A DNA stretch of 64,000 nucleotides from Myxococcota bacterium (GTDB taxonomy: Bacteria > Myxococcota_A > UBA9160 > UBA4427). The stretch spans positions 5,056,001-5,120,000 of the forward strand of contig OZ252299.1 in NCBI GenBank assembly GCA_965250285.1, read 5' to 3'. Within the stretch, counting starts at the first letter, position 1, and each line of letters starts with the position of its first letter. Made by a program: the position numbers and the translations under genes. The notes under the pieces are model-generated. The model worked only from the letters and a program-made list of their open reading frames with translations. It was not told the DNA's origin and searched no databases. This document shows positions 61,131 to 64,000 of this stretch, one piece after another.

Positions 61131-61308
61131 GGGGGCTCTCCTTGCGCCGCGTGCCGGACGCCGGGTGGCTGGACGGTCGCCATGTGGCCGGGTGACCTCT
61201 CGCGTCTTCCGGTCGCCGCGCTTCGCCAGGTCACCCTATCAGGGCTCGACGCCGTTGCGAAGCCGGGTGCGGCGCGTGGAACGCCCCCCCCCTGCGAGCG
61301 CGCGGCGC

Positions 61309-62142
61309 CTACGCGGGATCGCTGCGCCGGGGCAGCGCGTCGACGAAGTCGTCGATGGCCGCCGCGAGCGCCTCGGGGGTGTCGAGCAGCACGTGGTGGC
61401 CCGCGCCCGCGATCTCGCAGAGCCGGGCGCCGGGGATCTCTTCGACGAGCTTCTCGGCGCCTTCGCGTGACAGGATCCCGCTCTCCCCGCCGCGCACCAC
61501 GAGGGTCGGGCAGGCGATCTGGGCGGGGTCGGGTCGATCGCGCGGGGGCAGGGCGAACCAGGCCGGGTCGAACTTGTAGCCGTAGCGCCCGTCTTCCTCT
61601 TCGCGCACCGAGGCGGTCGCGATGGCCACGCGGAGCGCCTCGCTGCAGTGGTCGCTCGGGGGCAGGAACCGGAAGCGGTCGATCGCCTCTTCTCGCGAGC
61701 GATACGAGCGCTTGAGTCGCAGCGCCAGATGAGCCCTTCGCTTCGAACGAGGCCGGCCGCCGCGCGCGGGGTCGATCAGCACCGCTGCGCGCGTCTCGGG
61801 GTGCCGCGAGACGTGGTCGAGGGTGACGTGCGCTCCCATCGAGTGACCGACCAGAACGACGTCCCGCGCACCGATCCAGTCGAGCAGGGCCTCGAGATCG
61901 TCCTGAAACGCCCCCGCTTCGTGCTCCTCGGGATGTTCCGAGTCGCCGTGGCCACGAAAGTCGAGGGCCCAGACGCGGAATCGATCGGCGAAACGGGGCG
62001 CGAGATGATCCCACCAGTGTGCGTTTGCACCGCCCCCATGCAGCAACACCATCGGCGGAGACGCCGGGTCGCCCCAGGCACGAAGATGCAGCTCGACGCC
62101 GCCGAGCGCATCGGTGGTGAAGTGCTCGTCGATGGGTTCCAT
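61309..62142 (-). CDS. Alpha/beta hydrolase
   Basis: LHGGG, DFRGHGDS, GHSMG nucleophile elbow, AGHH. Confidence 0.92.
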   Translation of the reverse strand: MEPIDEHFTTDALGGVELHLRAWGDPASPPMVLLHGGGANAHWWDHLAPRFADRFRVWALDFRGHGDSEHPEEHEAGAFQDDLEALLDWIGARDVVLVGHSMGAHVTLDHVSRHPETRAAVLIDPARGGRPRSKRRAHLALRLKRSYRSREEAIDRFRFLPPSDHCSEALRVAIATASVREEEDGRYGYKFDPAWFALPPRDRPDPAQIACPTLVVRGGESGILSREGAEKLVEEIPGARLCEIAGAGHHVLLDTPEALAAAIDDFVDALPRRSDPA

Positions 62143-62451
62143 GCAGCCAAGGCTAGCAACGTGATCGCCGGCACCGAATCGGGACACGGGCGGCGCCGAT
62201 CAAAAAAGCGTTTTGCTGATACGAGCTTGCACCGAATCCCCGCAGTAGAGCACGAATGTCGAGATGGCCGAAATCGACCGCCTCGCGGCTTCTCGCGGCC
62301 GATCTCGACACCCTCCGAGCGTCGACGGCGCAGACGTTCGCGAACGCTGAATTCGAGATCGGCCGCGCGAGGCCCGCTAGCCCCCCGAATCCGGGGGTCT
62401 TGGGGAACGGCCGAATTCGGCACTTTCACGCCCTCTCGATGCGTTTTCCGA

Positions 62452-62479
62452 TTGACGACCCCCGCAGAACCCTTAATAT
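62452..62479 (+). promoter_or_regulatory. Putative sigma70-type promoter for histone gene
   Basis: TTGACG-N16-TAATAT. Confidence 0.45.
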
Positions 62480-62604
62480 CGGCGCGAATCGGGGTGCAGA
62501 AGGCATCTCGGTGGATTCAAACGAATTCGTCTTTTGGGGGATACGACGACCTCGGTCACTGCGACGAACGCAGGGCACGCAGGTCTTCGTTCAAGGGAGG
62601 GAAC

Positions 62605-62817
62605 ATGGCAGCCCGCAAGAAGAAGAAGGCCGCACGCCGCGGCAAGCCCGTCGAGCTCATCATCTCGAAGTCGCGCACCAAGGGTGCCGTCAAGAAGTGC
62701 AACGTCGGCGGTGACTTCTACGAAGCGCTCGACAAGGCGGTTCGCGAGCTGATCAAGGACGCCGAAGCGCGCGCCGTCGGCAACAAGCGCAAGACGCTGA
62801 AGGCCGTCGACCTCTAG
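62605..62817 (+). CDS. Bacterial histone-fold protein with basic N-terminal tail (70 aa)
   Basis: MAARKKKKAARRGKP-VELIISKSRTKGAVKKCNVGGDFYEALDKAVRELIKDAEARAVGNKRKTLKAVDL; RKTxxxxD histone-fold motif; GGGAGG RBS; own terminator. Confidence 0.85.
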   Translation: MAARKKKKAARRGKPVELIISKSRTKGAVKKCNVGGDFYEALDKAVRELIKDAEARAVGNKRKTLKAVDL

Positions 62818-62893
62818 GTCGAATCTGCCGGCACGCGGCGCTCGTCGAGCGTCCGCAGAACGTCCGAGAGAATGTGAGAACGCAAGAATGAAT

Positions 62894-62933
62894 GAAGGGC
62901 TCGCCAGCATCGCTGGCGGGCCCTTCTTCATTT
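62894..62933 (+). terminator. Intrinsic terminator after histone gene (possibly bidirectional)
   Basis: GAAGGGCTCGCCAGC-ATC-GCTGGCGGGCCCTTC followed by TTCATTT. Confidence 0.8.
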
Positions 62934-63037
62934 CGGGGCTGGCTCCGGCGCTCGAATCGTGCGGGGCGAGCGCCCAGCTTGCCTGACATCGAACGAGTCG
63001 ACGCAGGCGCCGCGGTCGTGCACCTCGGCGCCCAGAG

Positions 63038-64000
63038 TCAGTCGGGCTGCAGCTCGAGCTGACTGCCCGCGGTCAACGTCAGCTCGACCCGACTGGGTCG
63101 TTGCGCAGACGTGACCACCCATTGCTTCGAGACGACCGGCTCGTCGTCGTCGAGCGTCGGCGGCCGGGCGCGCGCGAACCGCGGGCAGTGGGCGGGCGCG
63201 ACGTGAATGCGCACGCGGTGGCCCGCGCGAAACCGCCACGTGCGGTGCCCGAGCGAGACGACGAGCTCATGTGGCTCGTCCTTCTGTGGCTCGTCCTTCG
63301 GTGTCGCGACGTCGTCGAGCCGCGCGAGGCCATCGCCAACTTCGAGGAGCGAGCCCCGCGGCGCGGCGTCGATCAGGTGCACCGCAAAGTCGGCCGGCGC
63401 TTGATCGGCGCCAACGAAGAGTCGCGCGACGACGGGGCCAGCCAGGACGACATCGCGCGCAAGGGGCGCGCTCTCGAGCACCGCGACGTCATCGCGCAGG
63501 GCGAGTCGCCCCTGATCCTTCGAACCGGCCTTCCAGCCGAAGAGCGCGCCGCCGATCGTGGGGGTCGGGTCGCTCGGGTCGTACTCGATCTCGACGCGTC
63601 CCGCGGCAGTGGCGGGCGCGGACACGAGGCGTGCCCGGTCGGTGCTCGCATCGAGATGGAGTGCGGCGGTGTGAGCGTCGGCGGGTGGCCAGGTCGGGCT
63701 GTCGCGCCACTCGCCGCGAGCACCGGGGTCGCAGACGAAGAATCGCACCGCGGGTGCGACGTTCGAGGGCGTGCGCTCGGCGAGGTGGGTGTCGAGATGC
63801 TCGACGATGCGACCGAGTGAACGTCGCTGCAGGCCGTCACGAAAGAAGCGGCGATGGGCGACCGGACCATGGCACCACGGACCGAGCAGCAGCTGCGGCG
63901 CCGCGCCGAGACCGGCGGCCGCCTGCGCGGTGAGCGCTGCGTGATCGTCGAGCTGGGGCTCGAGGAAGAAATCCCAGTAGCCGCCGATCAAGAGCGTCGG
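63038..64000 (-). CDS. CocE/NonD-family hydrolase, C-terminal part (5' truncated)
   Basis: GGYWDFF, LGPWCHG, YDPSDPTPTIGG, LAGPV, FRAGHRVR. Confidence 0.85.
   Translation of the reverse strand, partial: PTLLIGGYWDFFLEPQLDDHAALTAQAAAGLGAAPQLLLGPWCHGPVAHRRFFRDGLQRRSLGRIVEHLDTHLAERTPSNVAPAVRFFVCDPGARGEWRDSPTWPPADAHTAALHLDASTDRARLVSAPATAAGRVEIEYDPSDPTPTIGGALFGWKAGSKDQGRLALRDDVAVLESAPLARDVVLAGPVVARLFVGADQAPADFAVHLIDAAPRGSLLEVGDGLARLDDVATPKDEPQKDEPHELVVSLGHRTWRFRAGHRVRIHVAPAHCPRFARARPPTLDDDEPVVSKQWVVTSAQRPSRVELTLTAGSQLELQPD

Noticed and set aside
61648..62604. 389-aa ORF as one protein
   Set aside because: The N-terminal part is antisense to the hydrolase and spans promoter DNA; only the last 70 codons have an RBS and a recognisable fold

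Overview
A GC-rich (visually about 70%) bacterial chromosomal segment, densely coding, with about 60 genes. No rRNA, tRNA, CRISPR array, transposase or prophage is visible. The gene content (PEP-CTERM proteins, bacterial histone, F420-type LLM oxidoreductase, sigma54 site) would fit a Myxococcota/Deltaproteobacteria-like organism, but that is inference only. Housekeeping blocks: copA-csoR with operator, lnt, sfsA-mutY-Smr-tRNA nucleotidyltransferase, acs, pepP, rnd, IclR-ilvE-proS-5'3' exonuclease, a full rrf2-sufBCDSU-sufT operon, folK and cysH. The most notable elements are: (1) an operon of class-III aminotransferase + LuxE-like + LuxC-like genes with no luciferase, a possible acid->aldehyde->amine pathway, carrying a 4x43-bp tandem repeat at an internal gene junction; (2) a standalone bacterial histone with a Lys/Arg-rich N-terminal tail, hidden at the end of a spurious long ORF; (3) a candidate sigma54-driven structured sRNA in the pepP-rnd gap; (4) a DabAB inorganic-carbon locus with an intact beta-carbonic anhydrase, a degenerate pseudo-carbonic anhydrase, a wHTH regulator and palindromic operators; (5) several intergenic tandem or hairpin repeats and a DUF3179 gene broken by an in-frame TAA. 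All calls are from motif reading by eye; no database searches were run.
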